Virus record (IMG/VR): IMGVR_UViG_3300036715_003254
Span: 32,001 to 96,000 of that record
Strand: one strand, 5' to 3'
Source: a virus
Length of the DNA stretch: 64,000 nucleotides
Shown here: one piece after another, positions 10,576 to 20,469 of the stretch
Layout of the letters: each line of letters begins with the position of its first letter
Position numbering within the stretch: position 1 is the first letter of the stretch
Made by a program: the position numbers and the translations under genes
The notes under the pieces: model-generated
Told to the model about the DNA's origin: nothing
Database searches by the model: none
Seen by the model: the letters and a program-made list of their open reading frames with translations, nothing else

Positions 10576-11284
10576 TAGATTCTATTCCTAGCTCTTTTAA
10601 AATCTCATCGTCACTCATTTTGATGATATCTTTTACATTTTTTTTCTTATTCGGATTTTTATAGAAGTCAAATTTTTCTTTAGAATATTTTTGGAGTACA
10701 AGATTTTCAAATTTATTTTCTCTTTTTAGTTTTTCAAAAAGTTCAAAAGAAACTTCAGCTTCTTCTAGTAGTACTACAAGAGTGTCGTGTTTTATTTCTT
10801 CAGGTTGTTTAATATCGTTTCCATTCTTAGAAACAACGACATAATATGTTGGAACAATCTCTTCCTCTTCTTCATAACTTTTTCTTAGAAGCTTTTTTCC
10901 ATATTCTTTGATTACTTCATCAAGCTGTGATATCTCTATGCTTCTTTCCATTATTTTTTCATTTCGTCTTTTCTGATTTATTACTTCAACAAATGATTTA
11001 AAGCAAATCTCAGTAAGATATGCAAAGGCTTTTACTGGTTTATTAGTTCTTTTACTAATCTTAGATTCGTCAAAATTTCTATAATAAAGAAGGCATCTCA
11101 TAACAGCATTTGAAATCATATCGGCTTTCCATAGGTCAGAATAATTGGAGAAACTAGGCATCCTCGTCATATTGTTTGCTATTGAAATAAACATTTCACC
11201 TAGAGCTTCCTTTGAATGTTTTGGATCTTCCTTACATTTTCGAAGTTCTAAAAGTAGATCTTCTTCTTTTAAATAAACCGCCAT
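10550..11284 (-). CDS. gp55: Late sigma factor (gp55-like)
   Basis: LGEMFISIA...FSNYS...DMISNAV..CL.Y..NFD...AFAYLTEICFKSF; adjacent to gp47. Confidence 0.9.
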   Translation of the reverse strand: MAVYLKEEDLLLELRKCKEDPKHSKEALGEMFISIANNMTRMPSFSNYSDLWKADMISNAVMRCLLYYRNFDESKISKRTNKPVKAFAYLTEICFKSFVEVINQKRRNEKIMERSIEISQLDEVIKEYGKKLLRKSYEEEEEIVPTYYVVVSKNGNDIKQPEEIKHDTLVVLLEEAEVSFELFEKLKRENKFENLVLQKYSKEKFDFYKNPNKKKNVKDIIKMSDDEILKELGIESIDEWANDE

Positions 11285-11297
11285 TAATTTTAATTCC

Positions 11298-11305
11298 TAT
11301 AAATA
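11298..11305 (+). promoter_or_regulatory. Late promoter TATAAATA for gp2
   Basis: Exact consensus upstream of the ORF at 11345. Confidence 0.7.
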
Positions 11306-11318
11306 ATATATTGATATT

Positions 11319-11340
11319 ATTTTACCTTAAAGAAGTTTAA
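11319..11340 (-). promoter_or_regulatory. TTAAACTT-N8-TAAAAT promoter upstream of gp55
   Basis: Recurrent motif with the same 8-nt spacing. Confidence 0.55.
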
Positions 11341-11344
11341 AATT

Positions 11345-11869
11345 ATGAAAAAAACTAAGGACCAATTATCGGCTGAAGCATCATTAAGAATGGTAAGAAG
11401 TCTTATTATGAAAGAGACAAGACCTCTGGATAATAAGAATCTTGCTCCAGGAAACCTTGTTTTCTTTACATACGATGCTAAAGATAAAACTAATAGATGG
11501 GATAGAACTCCAATGGTATTCTGTCTCAGGCTGTCATCAAACTATCTTTTGGGATTAAATTTCCATTATCTACCTGTAAGAAGAAGAAAAATTTTATATC
11601 AATATCTCTTTTCTCTATACGGAAAAGAAATAGAAAAACAACAAAGGATTGTTTTTAGCTGGAGTCAAATAAGAAAATTCGTTTTAAAGCTAGGAAAACC
11701 TGTTTTAAGACTTTATATAAGAAAAAGAATAAGTAAAAGAGGTGTTAAAATCCCTTTCAATCTTCATCAACAAGCAATAGAACTAAGAGTAGAGACTTTC
11801 ATAAAAGGAGCGCCTAAAGGAGAAGTCTTATTCGCAAGAGCATCAAAGGCTATGAAAAAGAGAGGTTAA
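11345..11869 (+). CDS. gp2: DNA end protector protein (T4 gp2-like)
   Basis: PGNLVFFTYDAKDK...WDRTPMVF...LGLNFHYLP...R.Y motifs. Confidence 0.85.
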   Translation: MKKTKDQLSAEASLRMVRSLIMKETRPLDNKNLAPGNLVFFTYDAKDKTNRWDRTPMVFCLRLSSNYLLGLNFHYLPVRRRKILYQYLFSLYGKEIEKQQRIVFSWSQIRKFVLKLGKPVLRLYIRKRISKRGVKIPFNLHQQAIELRVETFIKGAPKGEVLFARASKAMKKRG

Positions 11870-11871
11870 GA

Positions 11872-12057
11872 TTAACCTCTCGGTAAGTCCTTTTCTCTAC
11901 AATGAACTGTTCTAGAGGTTCTTCTTCCGCCTCTACCGTTGTTTTCTATGATGACATACATACCAACACCTTTCTCAGTTCTTTTTTTGTGGTTAGAACC
12001 TTCGATTTTTTGACCAACACAGTCTCTTTTACACTCTGAAATTTTTCTTATTTCCAT
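11872..12057 (-). CDS. Small basic hypothetical protein
   Basis: 61 aa with a strong RBS (AAGGAGA) and its own promoter motif at 12085-12106. Confidence 0.65.
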   Translation of the reverse strand: MEIRKISECKRDCVGQKIEGSNHKKRTEKGVGMYVIIENNGRGGRRTSRTVHCREKDLPRG

Positions 12058-12084
12058 ACGAATTCTCCTTTTTTAGAACATAGA

Positions 12085-12106
12085 ATTATAAATAATAAAG
12101 GTTTAA
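12085..12106 (-). promoter_or_regulatory. TTAAACCT-N8-TATAAT promoter
   Basis: Recurrent motif with the same spacing. Confidence 0.55.
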
Positions 12107-12111
12107 AATAA

Positions 12112-12543
12112 TCACACAGGTAAATCTTTTTCGGTGAGAACTTTAAATGTTATACCATTTTCTTCACAAAATTTTTGAGCTGCTTCCCATTTACATCTAT
12201 TTTGTTCTACAGTGATAGCGTTCTCGACTAGTCTTTTTTTATTTTTTGTAGCTTTGATTTGCATATCTTTTGAAGGTTTTATTTCTATAAGGTATTTTTC
12301 AATTATACCGTTCTTTTCTATCTCAACATAAAAATCGGGAAAATACCTGTGGATTTTGTTGTCTATTGTATATAGATATGGTATAACAATTTCTTCGCTT
12401 GCCCATTTTACTACAGCGTCGGTAAAATCACACCAACACATAAAGAGTTTTTCCCAAGAAGAGCGATAGTAGATTTTAGAGACATCCCCAGCGTATTTCT
12501 GGGGATTTTTTGGTACATAAGTACCTTGACAGAACTTAGACAA
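12112..12543 (-). CDS. gp4: Head completion nuclease (T4 gp4-like, TnsA fold)
   Basis: PKNPQKYAGD...YRSSWE..FM.WCD...WASEE..IPY...HRYFPDF...IEIKP...KWEAA. Confidence 0.92.
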   Translation of the reverse strand: MSKFCQGTYVPKNPQKYAGDVSKIYYRSSWEKLFMCWCDFTDAVVKWASEEIVIPYLYTIDNKIHRYFPDFYVEIEKNGIIEKYLIEIKPSKDMQIKATKNKKRLVENAITVEQNRCKWEAAQKFCEENGITFKVLTEKDLPV

Positions 12544-13681
12544 CTTGTATTAGAACCCAATCGCCGTCTGATAGAGTACCAGGAATGAATGAAATTTCTT
12601 TTGTGTGATTATTAACAGTATATGTTAAACTTCTCAAAATGACACCGTTTCTATAAACGAAAATAGAAGTCAAATCCATATCTGATGGAACAGAAATTAC
12701 ATTATTATCTTCAGAAGCAATATAAGTATGTTCGTGTTTTTTTATTTTGTTTATTGAATTTCTTATTGAAACAAACGAAATAATATCGCCTGACTTGAGA
12801 ACTCCTGGAAGAAAAGATACAAAATTGTTATTTATATTGTATTCGTTTAAATTGAGCAAAGCGCCATTTAAAAATACTAAATTAGGGTCATTAGTAAAAG
12901 TAACAAAATTTGATTGTCCATTAGAAGTAAATTCTTCAGTTGTAATTGTAAAATTTGCTCCGTTTGTCGTATTACTTATTATTAAACTCGAAACAACAAT
13001 TCCCGGATCGAGAGTTGAAGTGAATGTTACAGTATTACCATTTATACTATACTCGCTTGAACTAATCATTACGCTGTTTACAAATAATATTTTAGGAGTA
13101 TTTGTGAAAGTAATACTATTCGATTTTCCGTCAGAGATATGTTCTTCGATTCCAACAATAGGAGAATTCGTCTCGTTTATTGTGTTACTTGTTATTATGG
13201 CTGTAACAATATCATCTAAATTGAAATATTTTGAAATTAAAGTTACCGTATTATCATCATTAACTCTATATTCACTTGAATCAAGTAAAAAACCGTTTAG
13301 AAATACTACTCTAGGAAAATTTGTAAAAGCGACACTGTTTGTTACTCCACTGATAATGTGTTCTTCGGTTTCGATCGCTATTTTTGCTCCTGTTAAAACA
13401 TCAAAAGAACTTAATACCCAATTAGAACTATTCGAATCCGGAGCAGAACCTCTTGAAGGTTTTATACACACCCAAAAACGATTATTATAAAATACAGCAT
13501 CAGATTCTTTGTAATATGTTGTTGAATTCCAATCAGGAACATTATCGAGCTTGAAAAACGAAATAAGAGCTTGTAATTCATATTTCAGTCGAAAAAAAGG
13601 TTTATTGAGAAGTTCTTCGGCGAGCAAATCACCGTCTTTCATCATATAATTTTGATAAAATTCTTGTACAGTCGTTATCAT
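12536..13681 (-). CDS. Baseplate/fibre attachment protein with four tandem gp10-like beta modules
   Basis: Repeated VFLNG..L...EY.....V.F....GD.V motif; N-terminal WNSTTYY...V.YN...W carbohydrate-binding-like module; located in the wedge operon. Confidence 0.6.
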   Translation of the reverse strand: MITTVQEFYQNYMMKDGDLLAEELLNKPFFRLKYELQALISFFKLDNVPDWNSTTYYKESDAVFYNNRFWVCIKPSRGSAPDSNSSNWVLSSFDVLTGAKIAIETEEHIISGVTNSVAFTNFPRVVFLNGFLLDSSEYRVNDDNTVTLISKYFNLDDIVTAIITSNTINETNSPIVGIEEHISDGKSNSITFTNTPKILFVNSVMISSSEYSINGNTVTFTSTLDPGIVVSSLIISNTTNGANFTITTEEFTSNGQSNFVTFTNDPNLVFLNGALLNLNEYNINNNFVSFLPGVLKSGDIISFVSIRNSINKIKKHEHTYIASEDNNVISVPSDMDLTSIFVYRNGVILRSLTYTVNNHTKEISFIPGTLSDGDWVLIQVV

Positions 13682-13697
13682 AGTGTTGTCCTAGTAT

Positions 13698-14318
13698 TTA
13701 GAAATAGATTGTCCAAGTTATTTTGTGTTCAACCGAAGAGTCTTTAGCTTTAACTGGAAATGTCTTCATAGCAAACATATTATATGATGTTCCAGAAGTT
13801 TTAAAAAATAAACCAGCTTCAGTAAATGCCGCAGAATCGTTTGAACCGTTTGCAACATCAGACGGAAGAATAACAACAAATGTTAAAACTGTTCCGGCAG
13901 CATTTACATTTACACTTGGAGAAGCAGATGAATTTTTTTCGCCGTTACCTATTCCAGAAACATTTGTCGCATAACCATTTGCGCCCGGATCTGTAAAATC
14001 AACAGTATAGTAATAGTCATTAAATGATTGAGAAATCAGTTGATTTCTATTTTCATCAAATATTTCTGTTTGTTGTCCTTTTGTAAATTTATCGCCGACA
14101 TTAAGAGGAGTCATAAGATTAGTGCCGTAACCATCTGTACCAATAACAAATCTTGAAATACCAACTGCATTTGTTACTTGTCCTGCTATTACTTTAGCCA
14201 TATAGATTCTAGCATTTACAACAACAAGATTATTGTCTTCATATGTATCAATAATATTTCCATCTTTATCAAGAGACTCAATTTTAAAATAACCTCTTGC
14301 TTTCATTTCTTCTTTCAA
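13698..14318 (-). CDS. Baseplate wedge / tail-collar-type protein
   Basis: DNNLVV...FTEAGLF...MFAMKTFPVKAKD...ITWTIYF pattern; follows gp6 and a gp7-like gene. Confidence 0.65.
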   Translation of the reverse strand: MKEEMKARGYFKIESLDKDGNIIDTYEDNNLVVVNARIYMAKVIAGQVTNAVGISRFVIGTDGYGTNLMTPLNVGDKFTKGQQTEIFDENRNQLISQSFNDYYYTVDFTDPGANGYATNVSGIGNGEKNSSASPSVNVNAAGTVLTFVVILPSDVANGSNDSAAFTEAGLFFKTSGTSYNMFAMKTFPVKAKDSSVEHKITWTIYF

Positions 14319-14347
14319 GATTTTTCTCCTTTAACTTTATTCTTTAT

Positions 14348-15877
14348 TTATTTCTTACGTATTTCAAAATCAATAGTTGAATTTGGGAACAAAACATTTT
14401 CGTATGGAAGAACTTTAACAGGATATTTAGGGTCGTTAAGTCTTATTCCTTCGCCCAAATAATAGCCTGTGGTCATTCTTTCAAACAAACCATAACTTTT
14501 AACTGATAGAACTTTAACATCAACAGATGCATACGGGAACATAACTTCTTCATATGGATGAATAATAACAGGGCGTTTCTTATCGTTAAGTTTTAATCCG
14601 TCTTCTCCTAAATAATGACCTCTAGCCATTTTATCTCGAAGTCTAAAGATATTTCCAAAATTTGTTATAGTATCGTGTGTTTCAAATTTCTCTGATATTT
14701 TTTGATTTTCTTCTAACTGTAATGTTTCTGCTGTGATTAATGAATCAGAAGAGTCTGAAGTAATAAAATAGTCTTCTGAGTAAACAAATAACTCTTTTGT
14801 ATATCCTCCTCCTATACGGAATGAGCAAAGTTTCAATCCTTTTTCACCAAGTTTTTTTTCGTCAACACCTAATCTCGGACATCCATATTTCCAGAAGTTC
14901 ATTTTTATGATTTTATTTGAACTTTCAAATAAACTTTCTTTTATTCTTGTTACAAACTTTCTGTCGTAGCTTACAGTAAGTTTTGCCCTTTCTAATACTG
15001 AAAGAACTGTGTTATCTTTGGAATAGAAGATAATTTTCCCTGAACCGTCCTTTTTTATATAAGAACCATCAGTGTATGTTATAAGATAATTATCTTTTCC
15101 GAAACCATCTTTTGTGTAATATATAAATGAAACACCAGAAGAAAAATCCCTGACGCTTGGACCTTCTGATATTCTTACTACGAAGTTTGATTGAATTTCT
15201 TCAACATCAAAGTAATCTTCCAAAAAATTATATACTTTATTAGCATACTCGTAACTAAATCCAACAGGGTGAACAAGCGGCTTAATAATTTTGTTAAACA
15301 GTACTCTTCTAAGCGAACCTTCTACAGTATATTTAAAAGGCTTATCTCCTTCTTCGACATTTATATAAAAGTTAGTATCATCGTCAAACGAAAGTTTAGT
15401 TTTAGAAAGTAATTTTGCGTAGTAATAGAAAGGATTTACTTTACCTTTATCTGTTACAGATTTTTGAGAGAAAAGTATCAAGTCTTCAGTAAAATTGAAA
15501 CCGTCATTAAAAGGATAATTTCTATCTATATCAACAAAGTCTTGACCTATTGCAGTAAAGAATTTTTTTAGGTCGTTAATAACCTCAGTATCATCTAGTC
15601 CTTTATAGAAAGCGACACTAAATGAATTAAGAAACATATTTACAATATTTCTTTTGAACGCTTGAAGATCTATTGTATCAAAATATTCATTATTTTTAAG
15701 ATTAAAATCAAAAGAAATTCTTGTTGTTGGTTCTATGTATCTCAAAAAGAGAAAGAATAAGTCATAAAGAACCGGACTTGTATCTCTAAGTTGAGGAGGA
15801 ATTATATCTTGATATATTACCTCAAGCTCATTAACACCTATTTCCGGAATATTTGAGAACTGCTTATTAACAATCAT
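14348..15877 (-). CDS. Baseplate wedge subunit (gp7-like)
   Basis: Downstream of gp6; IKPLVHPVGF motif typical of gp7 / P2 gpI-like wedge proteins. Confidence 0.65.
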   Translation of the reverse strand: MIVNKQFSNIPEIGVNELEVIYQDIIPPQLRDTSPVLYDLFFLFLRYIEPTTRISFDFNLKNNEYFDTIDLQAFKRNIVNMFLNSFSVAFYKGLDDTEVINDLKKFFTAIGQDFVDIDRNYPFNDGFNFTEDLILFSQKSVTDKGKVNPFYYYAKLLSKTKLSFDDDTNFYINVEEGDKPFKYTVEGSLRRVLFNKIIKPLVHPVGFSYEYANKVYNFLEDYFDVEEIQSNFVVRISEGPSVRDFSSGVSFIYYTKDGFGKDNYLITYTDGSYIKKDGSGKIIFYSKDNTVLSVLERAKLTVSYDRKFVTRIKESLFESSNKIIKMNFWKYGCPRLGVDEKKLGEKGLKLCSFRIGGGYTKELFVYSEDYFITSDSSDSLITAETLQLEENQKISEKFETHDTITNFGNIFRLRDKMARGHYLGEDGLKLNDKKRPVIIHPYEEVMFPYASVDVKVLSVKSYGLFERMTTGYYLGEGIRLNDPKYPVKVLPYENVLFPNSTIDFEIRKK

Positions 15878-15879
15878 TA

Positions 15880-18009
15880 TTATAGGCTACTTATTTTGAA
15901 ATAGTTTAATCTTGGGGTAGAATTTCTTATGTATCTTGCATCTTGAGAATTTGGCGAGAAAACAAAATTAAGATACTGATTATTAGTAAAGAATGTGTCA
16001 GCTAGACTTGATGACGAATTTACATCAACAGATGCGTTAGATGTTCTAAGATTCAATTTTATATAGATGAATTGTTTACCGTATATTTTTGAAACTATAT
16101 ATGTACCACAAACAACATTATTATAAGAAATATTAAATGATACAGTTCTACCATCATATAAAACGCTTCCTTGAGTAAAATTGACAATAAGGTTATTATT
16201 ACCAATTTTTACATCATCTGTTAAGAAACCAATAGTCGATATATCCGGAAGCAAATCGGGATTTACAAAACTATTTTCGTCTATAAAGTTAGTAAACGGA
16301 AGAGGAAGAAAAAATTCAAAAAATTTATTTGCTCCTGACTCATTTGACTTGTCTATTATATTGTATTTTGAAAGAACGATTTTTTGAGAAACATTAATAT
16401 CGACGCCGTTAGTATCACCAATAGAAGAATAAACTATTTTTGATATTCCACTTCTAAAGAACTCATTATTAAATGTTTCATATGTAGTATCAAATAAATC
16501 AGTCACAGATGTTATGATTTTATTCAAAACATTTGAGTCAAAAATGGGTTTTGTTATTCTTACATTGATATCAAGGTTGAAGTATAATGGTTGTCTGAAT
16601 TCATTTTTTAGAGTCATTATTTTGTATTTTGAAAGATATGTAAGAATATCGCTTTTATTTTCATCAGTAAAATAAAACTCTTTTTCATTTTCAGAAGAAT
16701 ATATTCTTTTATATTCAACATTCCCGCCATTAACATTCAAATATTGTTTAGATTTTGTTGTTTTTGTTGGAAGACCTGAAATATAAACTGTACCAAGTTG
16801 TTCTATTACATAGTCTTCGCCACCCCAAACGGAAGAATCTTGAACTAATTGGTGTTGTTTTAATATAACTTCATAATCTTGAGCGGTAACAGCTCTGTTT
16901 GCGACATTATGAAATACTGCCGCTATTTCTTTAATTTGTTCATTTGACTCTTCATCAGAACCAGCAAACACTTCATTCATATAAGTAAATACAGTATAGA
17001 TCGAACTATCAGTTACGCCAATAGGAACAACATTAAAGTTTTTATTTGCTGATACGAATGTGATTTTTCCTTGGGCGCTTCCTTGAGAACCTTTTGAAAT
17101 AAGCACATTAACAAACACTTCGGCATTAAGTATAGGTTCATCACAGACGCCTGCGAATTTAAAATAAATTGTTGATGTATTAGTATCGATATCTCTCAAT
17201 ACGACATATGATTTTTCAAAATTATATTTTTTTAAATCTATATCTTGAAACTGAACATTTTGCCAAAGAACTTTATCCTCGTATTCGCCATCAGCATTAT
17301 ATCTTGAAACAAAAACTTCAATTCCGTCTTGTTCAATATCTTGATAATCTAGTGGTATAGTATATGTTGTTCCTAAAGAACCATCAGGTTGAAGAGTTTT
17401 TGTCATTTTAAAGCATAATTCGCTACTTCCTAGTGGAGCATATACAGGATCAAAATATCTAAACAGAGTTCCTTCCTTTACTGTTATAAAGAAAAATGTT
17501 TGTATATTATGTTCATCAAGATCTGATTGAGTAATATTGCCTTTTGTTTTGAGAAGAGTATTATATAAGGTTGTTTCTTTTGTTATTTGGTCTTGAGTTA
17601 TTCCAATGATTTCTTTATCAGAATCCATATAGTAAAAAGTATTATTTCCGTCAGTAAAAGCGCTATATTTTGGAAGAACACAGTTAAACGGTTGGTTGTT
17701 TAATACTCCATCAGGAGCTTCACACTTAATCAATAATTGATATTGATATGATGTTTTTCTTTTTACTTCATAGCCTAGCATTCTGGCCATTTTCAATATG
17801 TTTTTTCTTTTTGTTGCAGTAGCAAGAAAGAATTCAGAAAGCATAAGAGATGCGTTCGCATTATTCATAGCGACGGCGTAAGATAATAATGTTGTTAAGA
17901 AAGCTGTATTTGAACCAGGAAAAATAGCGTCAACGAAACCTAGTTCTGTTGCTTTTTCATTTAAAGCTGATTGAATATCATCTTGATTGAACGGTACAAA
18001 ATCTAACAT
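15880..18009 (-). CDS. gp6: Baseplate wedge subunit gp6
   Basis: FPGSN...LLSY...EFFLATATKRKNILKMARMLGY; GSDEES...NRAVTAQDY...VWGGED. Confidence 0.92.
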   Translation of the reverse strand: MLDFVPFNQDDIQSALNEKATELGFVDAIFPGSNTAFLTTLLSYAVAMNNANASLMLSEFFLATATKRKNILKMARMLGYEVKRKTSYQYQLLIKCEAPDGVLNNQPFNCVLPKYSAFTDGNNTFYYMDSDKEIIGITQDQITKETTLYNTLLKTKGNITQSDLDEHNIQTFFFITVKEGTLFRYFDPVYAPLGSSELCFKMTKTLQPDGSLGTTYTIPLDYQDIEQDGIEVFVSRYNADGEYEDKVLWQNVQFQDIDLKKYNFEKSYVVLRDIDTNTSTIYFKFAGVCDEPILNAEVFVNVLISKGSQGSAQGKITFVSANKNFNVVPIGVTDSSIYTVFTYMNEVFAGSDEESNEQIKEIAAVFHNVANRAVTAQDYEVILKQHQLVQDSSVWGGEDYVIEQLGTVYISGLPTKTTKSKQYLNVNGGNVEYKRIYSSENEKEFYFTDENKSDILTYLSKYKIMTLKNEFRQPLYFNLDINVRITKPIFDSNVLNKIITSVTDLFDTTYETFNNEFFRSGISKIVYSSIGDTNGVDINVSQKIVLSKYNIIDKSNESGANKFFEFFLPLPFTNFIDENSFVNPDLLPDISTIGFLTDDVKIGNNNLIVNFTQGSVLYDGRTVSFNISYNNVVCGTYIVSKIYGKQFIYIKLNLRTSNASVDVNSSSSLADTFFTNNQYLNFVFSPNSQDARYIRNSTPRLNYFKISSL

Positions 18010-18018
18010 TTATTTTTC

Positions 18019-18387
18019 CTATGGTGTTTTCATATTTATTTTGAGTACTCTTGCTGTGGAATCATTATCTATTTTTAGAGTGAAATAAACTTTTATTTCT
18101 AGAGAATTATATTCTGGATGAGGTTGAACATCAACGAATTTAACTGTTACTCTTTTCTCCCACATTTCTATTGAAGAAGTTATTTCACCCTTAACGACAT
18201 CAACTATATTTGAATTCATAGCCGAAAAAAGAAGAGAACTTAATCTTGAACCAAACTCAGGTGAAGACGGAAGACTTCCTATTGGTGTTAAAAGTATATT
18301 TCTAATGGAATTTTCTACGGCTTCATAGTTAATATCGAAACCAGTATTCTTACAAGCAACGTCAACATAAAAAATGTCCTGTGCCAT
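18019..18387 (-). CDS. gp25: Baseplate wedge subunit gp25
   Basis: AVENSIRNILLTPIGS...PEFGSRL..LLF...IEMWEKRV. Confidence 0.92.
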   Translation of the reverse strand: MAQDIFYVDVACKNTGFDINYEAVENSIRNILLTPIGSLPSSPEFGSRLSSLLFSAMNSNIVDVVKGEITSSIEMWEKRVTVKFVDVQPHPEYNSLEIKVYFTLKIDNDSTARVLKINMKTP

Positions 18388-18388
18388 T

Positions 18389-20005
18389 TTAAATCACCCC
18401 TTGCGCAACAGTTTTATAGTAATCGTTTTGAGGAATAGTTGCTCTTATTTCTCTTTTATAGTTTTTATACATAGTTTTGAGCGTGTCTAACTTTTTAGTA
18501 TCTAATTTTGTTGTTGTTCTGTTTTGGATTCTCATTATATCTAAATCGTTAGATTCGGTTAGTGGTAGATTATTTATAAAGGAAATATTTATTAAATTCG
18601 CAGTCGGAACTTGTTTCTTTATACAATTTCTCATATCTGTCAAACTTTTTGCCCTTTGACTTAATTGTTTTGTTTTCGCAAAGGATTCTATCTCTGTTAT
18701 CATACCAAAAAGACTTTGTTCGGTTGGTGTCAAAGATTGAGAGTGAAGATCTTTTATGTCTTCTTTCACTACATCAATCATTTGATATATAGAAGGAAGT
18801 GGAAGATCCAAATAGTCGACTTTAACATCGAGATTTGTTAACATCTCTGATTTTAAAGAAGAAAGATTTCCGAGAGTTGAATCCATCATAGATGACAGTT
18901 TACCTTGAACTTCTGAAGTAATATTACTAAGCATTTTTGTTGCGTCAGGTAATGCTAATTTACTCCCAGAAAGTAAAGAATTTATTTGACTCATAGATGA
19001 TGTCAATAGACCTCGAATATTAGTAACAGATGAATTTAGAGAGTTTGCAAGATTTTTAAATTCTTCGTTAGCGCCTAAAGTTTTTATCAAATCGTCAATA
19101 CCAGAAAAGGCTGTAGTAGAAGTTTGTTGGAATGCGGAAGCCAAATCTTTAAGAGCGACTTTTCCTTTTTGAGCAGAATCAAACTTCGCACTAGAAACAA
19201 CCCCCAAAGCATTTGTTACTGATTTTATATCCTTCACTAACTCTTCTGTTGCCTTACTTACAATAGAAGAAACAAGTTCCGACTTTTGTCCAGGCATCAT
19301 ACTATTAAGTGTACCTGCTACATCCTTTTGAAGAGCGTCTATTCCGCCTACAGAATTGGAAAACAATCCAACAGAAGTCGGCAAACTTGCACCGCCTATT
19401 AATCCCTGTGCATTTGAGGTTATAAGACTCATAACATCTTTATTATTTGGTAGAGAAAAACCGTTTATATTTGTTAATTGACTAGTCGTATCTTTTATTG
19501 AGTTTGCTAGATTGTATGTTGATACGGTTTTAAGAGCTGAAGAAACAGTTTCTTCTCCTGAATTAAAAACACCTAAATCTTGTTTTAAAAAATCGTTTGG
19601 ATGAGATAGAACGCCTTTAAGAACTTCAACTTGTTTATCTCTTACTGTTTTAGCAGAAGGAGAAATATCAGCAAAACAGTCATTAATACATATTGAAGAA
19701 ACAGATTTTCTATCTGGTCTGAGGTTTTGAAGAGTGTTCTTCGGTGTAGTATTTTTGAACAATCCTGATCTAGGAGTCAAATCTGACATAGTATTTACTT
19801 GATTTACGAATTCATTTAGAAGAGTATCAAACTGATTAATATCTATTTTAAGAAGAGTAGATTGAGTCTTAAATCTATCTTCCGCTTCTGATTGCATTTG
19901 TTGGTGAATAAATTCTTGATAATTTTCAGGAATACTAGTTGCTTGATTTGTAAGAAGATCCGAAAAAGAAGACGGCAAATTAGATGTTAAGCTCGGTGTA
20001 ATCAA
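18389..20005 (-). CDS. Hypothetical helical protein in the baseplate operon
   Basis: 538-aa ORF packed between PAAR and gp25; no recognisable motif. Confidence 0.6.
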   Translation of the reverse strand: MITPSLTSNLPSSFSDLLTNQATSIPENYQEFIHQQMQSEAEDRFKTQSTLLKIDINQFDTLLNEFVNQVNTMSDLTPRSGLFKNTTPKNTLQNLRPDRKSVSSICINDCFADISPSAKTVRDKQVEVLKGVLSHPNDFLKQDLGVFNSGEETVSSALKTVSTYNLANSIKDTTSQLTNINGFSLPNNKDVMSLITSNAQGLIGGASLPTSVGLFSNSVGGIDALQKDVAGTLNSMMPGQKSELVSSIVSKATEELVKDIKSVTNALGVVSSAKFDSAQKGKVALKDLASAFQQTSTTAFSGIDDLIKTLGANEEFKNLANSLNSSVTNIRGLLTSSMSQINSLLSGSKLALPDATKMLSNITSEVQGKLSSMMDSTLGNLSSLKSEMLTNLDVKVDYLDLPLPSIYQMIDVVKEDIKDLHSQSLTPTEQSLFGMITEIESFAKTKQLSQRAKSLTDMRNCIKKQVPTANLINISFINNLPLTESNDLDIMRIQNRTTTKLDTKKLDTLKTMYKNYKREIRATIPQNDYYKTVAQGVI

Positions 20006-20011
20006 TTTCTT

Positions 20012-20302
20012 CTATCCTATTAAAACATTTGGCGAGCATTTATCAGCTTTAGAACCACAACTTATTTTGTCTCCGTGTCTATGTGCCGGTCTACCGTTAA
20101 TGAAAACCTTTGAAGAACCGGAAGAAGCTGTAGCTGAATGTGGAGGACTTCCTGGACAAGAGTGATCTTCATATTTATCGCCAACTCTCATAATAGGAAG
20201 ACCGTTGGCAAAGACATTTGGAGAACCTCCGGCAGCTTTTCTTGGTGGCGCTTTACAAGGGTCTCCAGTAGACATATCACCTTTTCTTACTACTCCAAGC
20301 AT
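20012..20302 (-). CDS. PAAR-repeat spike tip protein (gp5.4-like)
   Basis: RKGD...GSPNVFANGLPIMRVGD..EDH.C...GSSKVFINGRPAHRHGDKISCG. Confidence 0.92.
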   Translation of the reverse strand: MLGVVRKGDMSTGDPCKAPPRKAAGGSPNVFANGLPIMRVGDKYEDHSCPGSPPHSATASSGSSKVFINGRPAHRHGDKISCGSKADKCSPNVLIG

Positions 20303-20361
20303 TAATATTCCTCAATGATAATATAAGTGGGACGCTTTTTTTGTATGGTAAAATATTTATT

Positions 20362-20415
20362 TGTGCTTATATCAACCGTCCTTTAGGACGGTGTTTTACA
20401 CACAAAATGGATAAA
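20362..20415. repeat. ~53-bp palindromic element, copy 1 (resembles an IS200/IS605 end)
   Basis: TGTGCTTATATCAACCGTCCTTTAGGACGGTGTTTTACACACAAAATGGATAAA; near-identical copy at 48852-48904. Confidence 0.75.
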
Positions 20416-20469
20416 AAATTGGTATCAAAATAGAACAACAAAAAACTCTTAACCAGTACACGAATTTCC

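Noticed and set aside
12747-13490. 247-aa plus-strand ORF and other antisense ORFs (e.g. 6524-6829, 26834-27301, 60001-60558, 643-831)
   Set aside because: They lie fully opposite well-supported genes and show no motifs; antisense open frames are common in AT-rich phage genes.
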